Source: Truepera sp.
GTDB lineage: Bacteria; Deinococcota; Deinococci; Deinococcales; Trueperaceae
NCBI GenBank assembly: GCA_965218435.1
Contig: CBDCKW010000009.1
Location: forward strand, 704,001-768,000
Reading direction: 5' to 3'
DNA: 64,000 bases
A program made the position numbers and the translations under genes. The notes under the pieces were generated by a model. That model was not told where the DNA came from. It saw nothing but the letters and a program-made list of their open reading frames with translations, and searched no databases. Positions within the stretch are counted from its first letter, which is position 1. The number at the start of each line of letters is the position of its first letter. Of this stretch, positions 23,913-34,026 are shown piece after piece.

Positions 23913-24391
23913 GGTTACCTCGAGCTTTCCGGCAGCTTAAAACGAGCGGGTACGTCTACTCGCAACTCCTTATGACCGTTATTTCACCCTGAGCTTACCT
24001 GCCTGGGTAGCCTAAGCTGCCGTCGGTAGCGGCTAACTTAGCCTAAGTGCTGAGTATGTTTGGGCGTTCGTCCGGTTACAGCGAGCGGGTTCAGAGTTAC
24101 AACTTGTGTACGCTATAGAACCTCCTTGGCCCAAAGTCATTATGGAGCCGGAAAACTTGCTGGTCTGTCAAAGGCTTGACGTAATCCGGGCACAGTCTTG
24201 GCCCCAGGTTCGCCCCTCCCCAAACGTACTACTCCTAACGTATCCTTGTCAGGGTTAAAGGCATACTAAAGATGTACCGTGATGACCTACTACCCAATGA
24301 GAACCTCCGTGTGGGCTCAGCTGCCGGGTGAGCTGATAGCCCGCCCGTTTCAGAGCAGTGTTCAATTAACCGGCTGTAAGGCAGCGGTGAT

Positions 24392-25066
24392 ATGAGCAAA
24401 CCTTGGTTTGTCCACGGAACTGACTTCAGCGTGCGCCTCGACGCGCGTGACCGCGGCATGTTTATGCGCGTCTGCCCCGAGAAACGTTACAGGCGCGGTG
24501 AGACGATCTTTCGGCTGGGTGACCCGGCGACGAGCCTGCACGTCATCGCTGAAGGGCAGGTCAAACTGGTGACGGCTGCGCCGAGTGGTCACGAACGAAT
24601 TTTAGCAATCTGCGGCCCCGACGACTTTATCGGTGAGGCGTTTCTACAAGAAGCGCAAGTGTACCGTGTGGACGCGGTGGCGCTAACCAACGCCGTGACC
24701 TGTCCGATGAGCCGTGACCAATTTTTGGAGTTGGCGCTCCGCGCTCCGACCTTTACCCTGAGCTTCGCTGAAATCTTGGCCGGTCAGCTGTTCGGTTGCC
24801 GCGACCAACTCTCGAACAGCTACGACCCGGTGCCGCAGCGGTTGGCGCGGGTTTTGCTCGAGCAAACCGAGCGGTTCGGCACACCTCTAGGGGACGGCTG
24901 GTGCGAGCTACATACCGAGCTCCGTCACGATGAGCTGGCCTCGATGGTCAGTGCAACGCGGGTTTCAGTCTCAACGGCCTTTGCCGAGCTGCGGACCAGA
25001 GGCTTTGTCGAGGGGAGCCGTGGCCGTTACCGGCTTCACACGCCGAGTTTGCACGACTTGCTCTAG
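24392..25066 (+). CDS. Crp/Fnr-family transcriptional regulator
   Basis: cNMP-binding fold (YRRGETIF, EGQVKL, FIGE) and C-terminal HTH ELASMVSATRVSVS. Confidence 0.9.
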   Translation: MSKPWFVHGTDFSVRLDARDRGMFMRVCPEKRYRRGETIFRLGDPATSLHVIAEGQVKLVTAAPSGHERILAICGPDDFIGEAFLQEAQVYRVDAVALTNAVTCPMSRDQFLELALRAPTFTLSFAEILAGQLFGCRDQLSNSYDPVPQRLARVLLEQTERFGTPLGDGWCELHTELRHDELASMVSATRVSVSTAFAELRTRGFVEGSRGRYRLHTPSLHDLL

Positions 25067-25302
25067 GCGCTGAGCATTCAAACTCAGTTAGGGCTGGCAG
25101 GTATCAGCTGGTCGGTAACGCTCTCAATCTAAGCTCAGCTGACCAGCACGCACATTCTGCGATGATACTTGTGGCAACCTCTTATGGAAATGCTAGGCCA
25201 CGTGCTGCGTGCTGTACGGAAGAAGTACGAACTCAAAGAGGGTTTAGAAATTGCTGACCTGCAAAAGACGACGGTGTAGTTTAGGCACTTAGGATGAACA
25301 GC

Positions 25303-25329
25303 AAAAAACCCGCCTGAGCGGGTCTCTTT
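25303..25329 (-). terminator. Intrinsic terminator of the Opp operon (possibly bidirectional)
   Basis: ACCCGC-TCAG-GCGGGT followed by TTTTT on the minus strand. Confidence 0.8.
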
Positions 25330-25345
25330 ATTGCTTTTGCCTCGC

Positions 25346-26392
25346 TTAAACGGGGCCGGGTCGCCGAATACACGCTTTGAAGTGACCCGGTGACACCTCT
25401 TCTAACGGCGGCACCACCTCGGCGCACTCTTTGATGGCAATCGGGCAACGTGTTCGAAAGACGCACCCTGAGGGCGGGTTGATCGGGCTAGGGATGTCGC
25501 CCTGCAAGATCACACGGTCACGTTTAACCGTCGGGTCGGGAATCGGCACAGCCGAGAGGAGCGCCTCGGTGTAAGGATGAACCGGGTTACGGTAGAGTTC
25601 TTTGCCGGGGGCAATCTCCATGATGCGGCCTAAGTACATGACCACGACGCGGTCGGAGATGTACTCGACGACGCCTAAATCGTGGGCGATAAAAAGGAGC
25701 GTCAGACCGAGTTCTTCTTTGAGGTCTTGGAGCAAGTTGACGACCTGCGCCTGAATCGAAACGTCGAGCGCCGAGACGGGTTCGTCCGCGACGATAAACT
25801 GCGGGTCTACCGCGAGCGCCCGCGCAATCCCGATACGCTGCCGCTGACCACCCGAAAACTCGTGCGGGTAACGTCGCATATGCTGCGGCGAAAGCCCGGT
25901 ACGTTCCAGCAGTTGCACGATGCGTTCTTCTCTGGCTTTACCCCGCGCCAGATGGTGAATATCTAACGCTTCGCCGATAATGTCGCCGACGGTCATCCTA
26001 GGATTAAGACTCGCAAACGGGTCTTGAAAGATGATCTGCATCTCTTTACGGTAGTCGCGCATCTGTGAGCGCGACACCTTGGCGATGTCGGTGCCGTTAA
26101 AGATGATTTCGCCTTCGGTCGGTTCGATCAGCCGCAAGATGGTCCGACCGGCGGTTGTTTTACCTGAACCCGATTCACCCACGAGCCCGACGACCTCACC
26201 GGGTTTGATGTTGAGCGACACGTCTTCAACCGCTTTGACGTTGGCGACCGTGCGCGAAAAGACGCCGCCTTTAATCGGAAAGTACTTTTTGAGATTTTTA
26301 ATCTCTAAGAGGTACTCACCTTGCGTGACGCTGCGCTTGTCTGCGCCGGAGGAGCGTTTTTCGGGTTCGTGGACGACTTGAACGTTGCTCAC
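25346..26392 (-). CDS. Oligopeptide/dipeptide ABC ATPase (OppF/DppF)
   Basis: [20 protein letters not shown] and [11 protein letters not shown]. Confidence 0.93.
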   Translation of the reverse strand: MSNVQVVHEPEKRSSGADKRSVTQGEYLLEIKNLKKYFPIKGGVFSRTVANVKAVEDVSLNIKPGEVVGLVGESGSGKTTAGRTILRLIEPTEGEIIFNGTDIAKVSRSQMRDYRKEMQIIFQDPFASLNPRMTVGDIIGEALDIHHLARGKAREERIVQLLERTGLSPQHMRRYPHEFSGGQRQRIGIARALAVDPQFIVADEPVSALDVSIQAQVVNLLQDLKEELGLTLLFIAHDLGVVEYISDRVVVMYLGRIMEIAPGKELYRNPVHPYTEALLSAVPIPDPTVKRDRVILQGDIPSPINPPSGCVFRTRCPIAIKECAEVVPPLEEVSPGHFKACIRRPGPV

Positions 26393-27405
26393 GCCAGCAC
26401 CTTCTCTTCGTTAAGCTCGAGTTCATCCCAGCGGACGCAGCGCACCATATGCCCGCCACCGGTATCTTCGAGGGGCGGGATGGCCTCTTTGCATTTGTCC
26501 TCGACAAACGCGCAGCGCGGGTGAAACGAGCAGCCTGCCGGCAGATAGAGCGGGTTAGGCACGTTGCCGGGGATGGCCTCGAGCCTGTCCTGGTGCTCGG
26601 CGGCCTTATCTACCCGCGGAATCGAGTTCATCAACCCGAGCGTGTAGGGCATCTGCGGTTTGGCGAAGATGTCCCGGACGCTGCCCTCTTCAACGGCGCG
26701 GCCCGCGTACATGACGACCACGCGGTCGGCGATCTCGGCCACGACGCCCAAGTCGTGCGTGATAAACAAGATGCTCATCCCGATCTCGCGTTGCAGCTGA
26801 CGCATCAAGTCCAGAATCTGCGCCTGAATGGTCACGTCGAGCGCCGTGGTGGGTTCGTCGGCGATCAAGAGTTTTGGCCCGCAAGATAAGGCCATCGCAA
26901 TCATCACGCGCTGGCGCATCCCGCCCGACATCTGGTGCGGGTAGTTACGCACGCGTTTGCCCGGTTCGGGGATGCCGACTAAATCGAGCATCTCGGTGGA
27001 GAGTTTCATCGCTTGTTTGCGGCTTTTGTGCTGGTGAAGCTGAATGGCTTCGGCGATCTGGTCACCGACTGTGTAGACCGGGTTCAGGCTGGTCATCGGT
27101 TCTTGAAAGATCATCGAGATGTCGTTGCCACGAATTTTACGCATCTGCGATTCGCTCTTTTGGACCAAATCTTGACCTTCAAAGAGCATCTCGCCGCCCG
27201 CGATCCGTCCGGGAGGTGAGGCGATCAGCCGCATGATAGATAGACTCGTGACCGATTTGCCCGAGCCCGATTCGCCGACGACGGCGAGCGTTTCGCCGCG
27301 GTCAATGTGAAACGTTACGCCGTCCACGGCCTTGACCGTGCCTTCGTCGGTGTTGAAGTACGTCTTGAGGTCGTTGACCTCGAGGATACGTTCTTTGTCA
27401 GCCAT
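26389..27405 (-). CDS. Oligopeptide/dipeptide ABC ATPase (OppD/DppD)
   Basis: [22 protein letters not shown] and [15 protein letters not shown]. Confidence 0.93.
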   Translation of the reverse strand: MADKERILEVNDLKTYFNTDEGTVKAVDGVTFHIDRGETLAVVGESGSGKSVTSLSIMRLIASPPGRIAGGEMLFEGQDLVQKSESQMRKIRGNDISMIFQEPMTSLNPVYTVGDQIAEAIQLHQHKSRKQAMKLSTEMLDLVGIPEPGKRVRNYPHQMSGGMRQRVMIAMALSCGPKLLIADEPTTALDVTIQAQILDLMRQLQREIGMSILFITHDLGVVAEIADRVVVMYAGRAVEEGSVRDIFAKPQMPYTLGLMNSIPRVDKAAEHQDRLEAIPGNVPNPLYLPAGCSFHPRCAFVEDKCKEAIPPLEDTGGGHMVRCVRWDELELNEEKVLA

Positions 27406-27459
27406 AAAGTCTCCTCGGCGGGGTAGCACGCTACGCCGTAATTAAAATTGTACTCGACA

Positions 27460-28005
27460 CTAAAGTGTAAGGGAAATGTCAGAAAATTGATACGGGCTCA
27501 GCGGGGTGCCAAACGGTACTAAATCCCGTAGGTTGTAGTCTCCGCCCGCCGGTTCGCGGTACACCTCGGTGCGGTTGTGAACCAGGTCAACGATCCAAAA
27601 CTCCGGGACGCCCGCCTCGGCGTAAATGGGTAGCTTGACGTGGCGATCAAACCTGAGGGTGCTGTCAGAGACCTCGATGACCAGTAACACGTCTCCGGGT
27701 TTCGGAACTTCATCCTCGTAAAAGGTTTCGCGAAAGCGGAGGAGGGCCACATCCGGTTCGGGTTCGCCGTAAGGTGGGAGTTGGAGCGGGTTTTGGACCC
27801 ACACGACGGTACGCTCTTCTAGCGGGGCAAAAAAAGCGATCAGTTTAGCGACAATTGCGGCGTGTCGCCGTCCAACGGGGGTCACGGCATAAATCCGCCC
27901 TTCTAACAGCTCTACACGCTCGTTCTCGGCGAAAAGCCCTGCCTCAGCCATTTTGTGATAATCGTCTACAGAGAACTTACGAAGATCAATCATCGTGCCT
28001 GCCAT
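27460..28005 (-). CDS. Uma2/DUF820-family putative endonuclease
   Basis: FSVDDY, RVELLEG, PEPDV, LLVIEVSDSTLRFDR and KLPIYAEAGVPEFWIVDL. Confidence 0.9.
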   Translation of the reverse strand: MAGTMIDLRKFSVDDYHKMAEAGLFAENERVELLEGRIYAVTPVGRRHAAIVAKLIAFFAPLEERTVVWVQNPLQLPPYGEPEPDVALLRFRETFYEDEVPKPGDVLLVIEVSDSTLRFDRHVKLPIYAEAGVPEFWIVDLVHNRTEVYREPAGGDYNLRDLVPFGTPLSPYQFSDISLTL

Positions 28006-28018
28006 AAGTCATCATAAG

Positions 28019-29218
28019 CTACTGACTGCTGCGCGGGTCGAAGGCGTCGCGCAGCCCGTCACCTAAAAGGTTCCAGGTCAACACCGAAATAAAGATAAAC
28101 AAGCCGGGTAAAAAGACCCACCAGCGAGCCGCGAGCCCTGACACCCCGGCAAAACCCTGTGCAGTCGCCAGCATCAGCCCCCAACTCGTCGAGGGCGGCT
28201 GAATCCCCAAGCCGAAAAAGCTCAGTACGGATTCGGTGATGATAAAGCCGGGAATGACGATGCTCATGTAAACGATAACGAAACTGAGCGTGTGCGGCAA
28301 CATATGACGGAAAATAATCCGGCCGTTACTGGCCCCTAAAGACCGGGCAGCGTAGGCGAAGTCGCGCTCACGTAGTGAGAGAACTTGTCCCCGAATGGTA
28401 CGCGCCACCCCCCCCCAACCGATGACTGACAGCGCGATGACGACCAGGATAAAAACCGTTGACGAGGGCAAGTTGAGTGGATAAAAAACAGCAGAGAGCG
28501 TGATCAAAAGAAAAAGGTCGGGAATAGCCGTAAGCGCCTCGATAAAACGCATGATCAGCTCGTCAACCCAACCGCCAAAAAACCCTGCAATACCGCCCAT
28601 GATCATCCCGATAAGGATAGATACGAAGGCCGCTAAAATGCCAATCGTCAGGCTGATACGCGCGCCGAACAAAATCTTGCCGAAGACGTCGCCGCCGAGG
28701 TCATCTGAACCCCACAGGTGAACACGTCCCGGTTCAGGAACCCCGAAGAGGTGCAGGGTTGCCCACGGCCGGATACCTAAAGTTTGGCGGAGCGGCTCAG
28801 GGATAAGATTGACCGGAAACGGCACATACCGTTCTCTAATCCCTTCGCGCCTGACCAGAAACTCTAAGGGATAACGTGTTGACCTGTCTTCTGTCCAGGT
28901 GGTTTCAAACGTTTCCATATCGAGCGTTTGCGTGCTCGCATAGATGAAGGGCCGAACGAACCGACCTTCGTTCCAAAAGTAAATCCGGTTGGGGGGCTGA
29001 AAGGTCGTGTTGGGGTTGATGTAACCTTCCGAATAAGGCGCAAAAAAGTCGGCGAAGGCCGCCAAAAAATATAAAATCCCCAAAATCACGAGAGCCACAC
29101 GTGCGAGCGGATGTTTGCGAAACTGCCGCCAAGCAATCGAAGTAAGGCTTTCCCCTTGCTTTACAACCTCTTCAGGCGGCTGCGCGGCACCTGTGGGCAT
29201 AACTGGAATGTCAGCCAT
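28019..29218 (-). CDS. Peptide ABC permease (OppC/DppC)
   Basis: GSDDLGGD, EAA-like AARSLGAS, and LLGDGLRDAFDP. Confidence 0.92.
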   Translation of the reverse strand: MADIPVMPTGAAQPPEEVVKQGESLTSIAWRQFRKHPLARVALVILGILYFLAAFADFFAPYSEGYINPNTTFQPPNRIYFWNEGRFVRPFIYASTQTLDMETFETTWTEDRSTRYPLEFLVRREGIRERYVPFPVNLIPEPLRQTLGIRPWATLHLFGVPEPGRVHLWGSDDLGGDVFGKILFGARISLTIGILAAFVSILIGMIMGGIAGFFGGWVDELIMRFIEALTAIPDLFLLITLSAVFYPLNLPSSTVFILVVIALSVIGWGGVARTIRGQVLSLRERDFAYAARSLGASNGRIIFRHMLPHTLSFVIVYMSIVIPGFIITESVLSFFGLGIQPPSTSWGLMLATAQGFAGVSGLAARWWVFLPGLFIFISVLTWNLLGDGLRDAFDPRSSQ

Positions 29219-30198
29219 CAGTAACGAATCCTGGGATCAATCAGGGCAAGGGCCAAGTCGGAGATGAGGTTACCGATCATCAGCAAGACGGTCAGGATGG
29301 TCAAGAGCGCCATGATGACGTAGGTGTCTTGAGCGTAGATCGAACTGAGAAAAAGCGGGGTGATACCCGGCCAACGCAAAACGTACTCAACTGAACCGGC
29401 TCCACCAATCAGGCTGGGCAGCAAGCCGCCGATAGTTGCGACAATAACGATCACCGCGTTTCTAAGGGCGTGCTTATAGTTTACGACACGTTCAGAAAGA
29501 CCTTTGGCCCTGGCCGTGCGCACATAATCTTGACTGAGGACTTCCAACATTTCCCCACGCATAAACCGAGAGACCGACGCAAGGCCCGCGAGCATCACGA
29601 CAATCGTCGGCGCGATCAGGTGCCAAGCAATGTCCCGAAACTGCCCCCACGCGCCGAGCTGCCCGAAGTCTTGACTGGTCATTCCCCCGACCGGAATTAA
29701 AAATCCGTTGGTTGCTTGAAACCACTGCACCGCAAACGCCACCACTAGGAGCGCAAGAAAGAAGTTAGGAATCGCTAAACCAATCAGGCTGAAAACGGTT
29801 AAAAACCGGTCGCCGATAGAGTATTTGCGAACGGCTGAAAAGACGCCGATAGGTACCGCGATAAGATAGGTCAAGATCGTCGCAGGTAGCAGCAGGCGCA
29901 AGCTGTTGATCATGCGGGGAATGATAAGGCTGGTGACGCTCCCCTTCGAGGTCATGCTGGTACCGAAGTCAAAGTCTGTGACAACGTTTCTGAGCCAATA
30001 AAAATAGCGAACGAACCACGGCTGACCGAGCCCCAGAGCTTCGCGGATACGCTGCGCCTTATTCGGGTCAACCTGGTCAAAGGCAAACTTGCTGGCAAAA
30101 TCGCCGGGGGCAATCTCAATGACGATCCACGCCAAAAAGGTCGCCAAGATAAACGTTGGTAAAAGATTGACGAAACGTCTAAGAATATAAGCGGTCAA
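29218..30198 (-). CDS. Peptide ABC permease (OppB/DppB)
   Basis: YILRR, QDYVRTARAKGL, HALRNA and DPRIRY. Confidence 0.92.
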   Translation of the reverse strand: MTAYILRRFVNLLPTFILATFLAWIVIEIAPGDFASKFAFDQVDPNKAQRIREALGLGQPWFVRYFYWLRNVVTDFDFGTSMTSKGSVTSLIIPRMINSLRLLLPATILTYLIAVPIGVFSAVRKYSIGDRFLTVFSLIGLAIPNFFLALLVVAFAVQWFQATNGFLIPVGGMTSQDFGQLGAWGQFRDIAWHLIAPTIVVMLAGLASVSRFMRGEMLEVLSQDYVRTARAKGLSERVVNYKHALRNAVIVIVATIGGLLPSLIGGAGSVEYVLRWPGITPLFLSSIYAQDTYVIMALLTILTVLLMIGNLISDLALALIDPRIRY

Positions 30199-30257
30199 CG
30201 GTCTCTCCTGAATAAATCTATTTAACTGTAAGGTGAATCCTACGCTCTAAATCTGTG

Positions 30258-30293
30258 GCAAGGAGCTTTTGGACAGTTCCAAAAGCTCCTTGC
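30258..30293. repeat. 16-bp stem-loop between the SBP and permease genes
   Basis: GCAAGGAGCTTTTGGA-cagt-TCCAAAAGCTCCTTGC. Confidence 0.8.
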
Positions 30294-30319
30294 AATACTG
30301 CTCTACTACAAACTTGACT

Positions 30320-32110
30320 TTATTGTGGTGCGGTGAGGTTGCTGCGGTAGCCACCGGGCGTATAGGGAGACGCAATACTACTCGCGTCAAGGGCTTCTTT
30401 CGGCCAGATGTTTCCCATATTGCCGTAAAAGCTAAACGCAGGGCTGATGAGCGGGGTCATTGGCAGGTATTTGCGCATCAGCTCGGCGCGTTCGTTGTAA
30501 ACCGCCACGCGCTCATCTAAGTCGAGCGTGCGGTCCATCCGGCGGCTCAGTCGGTCCATCGAGATTTCCCACGGCTCTACGTTGGTAGTGCTCTTGTTCC
30601 ACGAGTTGAGGTTTTGACCCAAACCTACAACGTTGACTGATGAAGGGTTGTCCACGTCACCACCGGCAAGGCCCCAAATCTGCGCGTCGTAATCAACTTT
30701 AGTACCTTCAGCTTGGGTACCGGTGATCGAATCCGACCAGATTTCTGATGAGACTTCGCGCGGGTTAACCCTAACACCGTACTGCGAAAGCGTCTGCGCA
30801 ATGACCTGCGCCTCTTGCCCCCGGCGGTCGTTACCCGAGTTGAACTGCAAATCGAAGGCGACGCGGCAACCCGTATCAGGATTCATGAGCACGCCGTCTT
30901 GCCCGGTTTTGGTAAAGCCAATGTCGTTAAGCATTTTGACGCCCTGCTCGGGGTCGAACTCAAACGGCTGGAGGTTGGCTGCGTCAAAGGGTTTGGCTGA
31001 GCCGCTGTTATAGTCTTTCGCCGGAAAGCCGAGACCGCCAAGGGCCGCCTGAACCAGCGCCTGCCGGTCAATCATGATGGCGATGGCCTGACGAAACTCG
31101 GGCGTTTTGAACATACTGCGCTTGCACTCGTTTTTCTTCTGAAAGTTATAGGTGATAAAGTCTACAAGCGCGTCTGGGCCGATATTTGGAAAGAAACTTC
31201 CGCCAATTGAACCGTTCTGGACAGCTTGCTGCACCGCGCGCACATCGTCTACAGTTTGCGGCCAATCGAAGCTGGCTTGACCTGTAGTGACGAGCGCAAC
31301 CTGCGCGTTACGGTCGGCTACAAAGTCAACGGTCCAAGTGTCTGGGCCGGGGAGCGGTGAGCCGTCTGCAGCTTGCACGCTCTTACCGTACTCAGGGTTT
31401 TTGGAGAGTACGATGCGTTCGCCGGGGCGGAACTCGGTGATCATGTATGGGCCACCCGAAACGAGTTGTTTGACAGGCGTGTCAACGCCCCAAAGAGCAA
31501 GAATACCTTCCGCTCCCTTGTCTTTATAAACCGGCATATAAATATGGGCGGGAACCGCTCCAATGCTGGCAATGTTACCCATCAAGTTGACTTGCGGTTG
31601 GGGCGAGGTGATACGGAACTTATACTTGCCGAGCTTTTCGTACTTGATCGGTTCTTGGTTGTCGCCGACTACTGTCGCAGAATAAGTGTTTGATTGCACA
31701 TCTGGATCGCCGATAATTGTGCGCGCGGCGATATAGTCGTCGGCAGTAATCTCAGTGCCATCTGACCAGTTCCAACCCTCTTTTAAGGTGACGATGAACT
31801 CTTGCTCTTTTTGAATCTCTTCTATAGAGGCCGCGTGAACGAGATTGAATGAGCCGTCTTCTTTGCGAAATGAACGGTTGCCGAGCCAGTCGCGGTAGAT
31901 AAGGTCTGGCCCGCCGACCATGCCCAAAACTGCAGTTTCTTGGGCGCTTGAGCTGAGCACCGGGTTAAGCGTTAAAAAGTCGCCGTAAAGTACTTCGTTG
32001 ATTGCCCCACCTTGATTGGCGGTCGGCGCGTAGTTCTCCGGCCACTGAAATGTTTGCGCGCAGGCCAGCGAACCAGCTAGCGCAGCTGCGAGAAAAAGTC
32101 CTCTTTTCAT
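30320..32110 (-). CDS. Peptide/nickel ABC substrate-binding protein (family 5)
   Basis: Signal peptide, LKEGWNWSDGTEITADD, SGGPYMI and FRQAIAIMIDRQ. Confidence 0.9.
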   Translation of the reverse strand: MKRGLFLAAALAGSLACAQTFQWPENYAPTANQGGAINEVLYGDFLTLNPVLSSSAQETAVLGMVGGPDLIYRDWLGNRSFRKEDGSFNLVHAASIEEIQKEQEFIVTLKEGWNWSDGTEITADDYIAARTIIGDPDVQSNTYSATVVGDNQEPIKYEKLGKYKFRITSPQPQVNLMGNIASIGAVPAHIYMPVYKDKGAEGILALWGVDTPVKQLVSGGPYMITEFRPGERIVLSKNPEYGKSVQAADGSPLPGPDTWTVDFVADRNAQVALVTTGQASFDWPQTVDDVRAVQQAVQNGSIGGSFFPNIGPDALVDFITYNFQKKNECKRSMFKTPEFRQAIAIMIDRQALVQAALGGLGFPAKDYNSGSAKPFDAANLQPFEFDPEQGVKMLNDIGFTKTGQDGVLMNPDTGCRVAFDLQFNSGNDRRGQEAQVIAQTLSQYGVRVNPREVSSEIWSDSITGTQAEGTKVDYDAQIWGLAGGDVDNPSSVNVVGLGQNLNSWNKSTTNVEPWEISMDRLSRRMDRTLDLDERVAVYNERAELMRKYLPMTPLISPAFSFYGNMGNIWPKEALDASSIASPYTPGGYRSNLTAPQ

Positions 32111-32133
32111 CGTTTCCTCCTATTAAGGGCGTA

Positions 32134-32153
32134 CATAGGTTCATGAACCTATG
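32134..32153. promoter_or_regulatory. Perfect 20-bp palindrome upstream of the Opp operon (candidate operator)
   Basis: CATAGGTTCA/TGAACCTATG, about 12 nt upstream of the AGGAGG RBS. Confidence 0.55.
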
Positions 32154-32455
32154 CCAAAGTCTTACCTATAACGTATGACCCTAAAAGGCTAACCTCACAG
32201 GGGTTAAAAATCAAGCTGCCCGGTTCTCATAAATGAGCGTGGCAACGTGCCCTCTCCTCTTGCAATTTAGCACCCTGTAAGGGCAGCGTCAAACGGTCTT
32301 AGGTGACGCGCTGCACATCCAGCAGCCGGAAAGTACAGCAAGTCTACAAAGCTAGACATAATATTCCAAAAAATCAGAACAATCAGCACGAAACTTGTGT
32401 AGTGCTCGGTTTTACTGTCTTCTCGTAACCCTGAGAAAGAAGCTGGGTACCAAGT

Positions 32456-32486
32456 AAAAAACCTCGTCCGGTTGGGGACGAGGCTC
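32456..32486 (-). terminator. Intrinsic terminator after secG
   Basis: CCTCGTCC-ccaacc-GGACGAGG followed by TTTTTT on the minus strand. Confidence 0.8.
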
Positions 32487-32513
32487 TTGTTGTCTTGCTG
32501 AAGCGTACTCTGT

Positions 32514-32753
32514 CTACGCCCTCGGTACGATGGCGAGGGCCAGGGCCAACAGTCCCCAGATAACCCCCAAATAGATAGTCAAACGCTGCAAACCGCCTGC
32601 GGTACCGCCGGTAGAGGCGGTAAAGTCCTGTCCGCCGCCGCCCAGCCCTTCACCGAGACCGCCCTGTTTGGGTTCTTGCATAATGACAACCCCCGTAAGG
32701 GCAAACGACGTGAGAACGAAAAGTAAAAAGATCAGCCAGAATACGATAAACAC
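32514..32753 (-). CDS. secG: Preprotein translocase subunit SecG
   Basis: Two TM segments, VIMQEPKQGGLG and LQRLT. GGAGG RBS. Confidence 0.88.
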   Translation of the reverse strand: MFIVFWLIFLLFVLTSFALTGVVIMQEPKQGGLGEGLGGGGQDFTASTGGTAGGLQRLTIYLGVIWGLLALALAIVPRA

Positions 32754-32826
32754 TTGGGAGCCTCCGACAGCTAACTCTGTGGGCTAAAAGCGCGTGAGCC
32801 GAGAGCTACACAGAAAAAAGGTAGAG

Positions 32827-32911
32827 TGGTGCCGAGAGCGGGACTCGAACCCGCACAGCCGAAGCCGGTAGATTTTGAGTCTACTGCGTCTACCAATTCC
32901 GCCATCCCGGC
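32827..32911 (-). tRNA. tRNA-Leu (anticodon CAA)
   Basis: Anticodon arm GTAGA-CTCAAAA-TCTAC, long variable arm and encoded CCA. Confidence 0.97.
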
Positions 32912-32971
32912 ACGGGTTTCATGCGGCGTGAGCGGTTGCTCACTAAGAGGTGTGCCGCAAAACAAACTATC

Positions 32972-33967
32972 TTATCGCGGTACCGGGTCAAACGCAACCG
33001 GATGTTGAGCTGAAGGCTGAACAGGGGGATTACCGACTCCTAAAAGGAGGGTCTCGAGGTCCGCGAGTGTGCTGACTTGCTTCAAAGCGGTATGTAGTCT
33101 CTCCGCGTCCGGTAAACCTTCGGCGTAACGCAAAAGTTGCCCACGCAGTTTGACGACGGCGTGCTCGCTGCCGTACCAGGCGCAGGCGTGGCGGGCGTGC
33201 TCGAGCACCAGCGCCACCTTCTCCGCGTGGCTCGGTTCCGGTTCACCGCGAAAGGTCGAGAAAAGCCAGGGCCGCCCGAGTGCGCCGCGCCCGACCATCA
33301 CCCCGAGACCTGAATTACGGTAGTGGTCAAACTGCGCTCTAGTCGTGACGTCACCTGAGCCCACAACCGGAATACGGAGCTGGTCGGCGACTTCGGCCAC
33401 GGTGTCCCAATCAGCCGCGCCGCTGTACTTCTGCGCGGCGGTGCGGCCGTGAACGGTGAGGAGGGCTGCGCCCGCTCCTTGCAGGGCTAGGGCGACCTCG
33501 AGCACGTTGACCGTATCGAAGCCGAGCCGCAGTTTGGCGCTGACGGGGACGGGTACGGCCCTTGCTAACTCGTACACGATCGCCGCCGCCCGCTCCGGGT
33601 CTTGCAGCAGCCGTGAACCGCAGCTTTTACCTGTGACCTTTTTAACCGGACACCCCATGTTGAGGTCTAACGCGGCGGGCCGGTAGGTGTCATATAAGAT
33701 GTGTCCGCCCGCCGCCACGATGTCGGGTTCGCCGCCGAAGACTTGAATCACCAGGTCAGGTTCATCCGGGTACGGTGCGCCGATGTGAAGCCCCTGCCGG
33801 TCACCCTGCACGAGGGCCTTCGCGCTGACCATCTCGGTCACGGCCCAACCACTTCCGAAGCGGCGGCAGAGCCTCCGAAACGGCGCGTCGGTAAAACCTG
33901 CCATCGGCGCGAGCACGGCGCGGCCTTCGGCGAGTTTGCGGGTGTAGAAGGTGTCAGCCTGTGTCAT
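32972..33967 (-). CDS. tRNA-dihydrouridine synthase (DusB-like)
   Basis: LAPMAGFTD, TEMVSA, DLNMGCP, VHGRT and GRGALGRPW. Confidence 0.92.
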   Translation of the reverse strand: MTQADTFYTRKLAEGRAVLAPMAGFTDAPFRRLCRRFGSGWAVTEMVSAKALVQGDRQGLHIGAPYPDEPDLVIQVFGGEPDIVAAGGHILYDTYRPAALDLNMGCPVKKVTGKSCGSRLLQDPERAAAIVYELARAVPVPVSAKLRLGFDTVNVLEVALALQGAGAALLTVHGRTAAQKYSGAADWDTVAEVADQLRIPVVGSGDVTTRAQFDHYRNSGLGVMVGRGALGRPWLFSTFRGEPEPSHAEKVALVLEHARHACAWYGSEHAVVKLRGQLLRYAEGLPDAERLHTALKQVSTLADLETLLLGVGNPPVQPSAQHPVAFDPVPR

Positions 33968-34026
33968 CGTTTTAGGTTACCTGAAAGCTCGAGCGTGAGA
34001 GGTCGTGAGTAAAGGTCTTACTGCGG

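Noticed and set aside
25184..25279. 31-aa ORF MEMLGHVLRAVRKKYELKEGLEIADLQKTTV after crp
   Set aside because: No SD or leaderless signature and no recognisable motif. It could be a gene fragment, but I cannot support it.
32771..33008. ORFs 32771..32965, 32826..33008 and 20389..20616
   Set aside because: They overlap tRNA genes and are translation artefacts.
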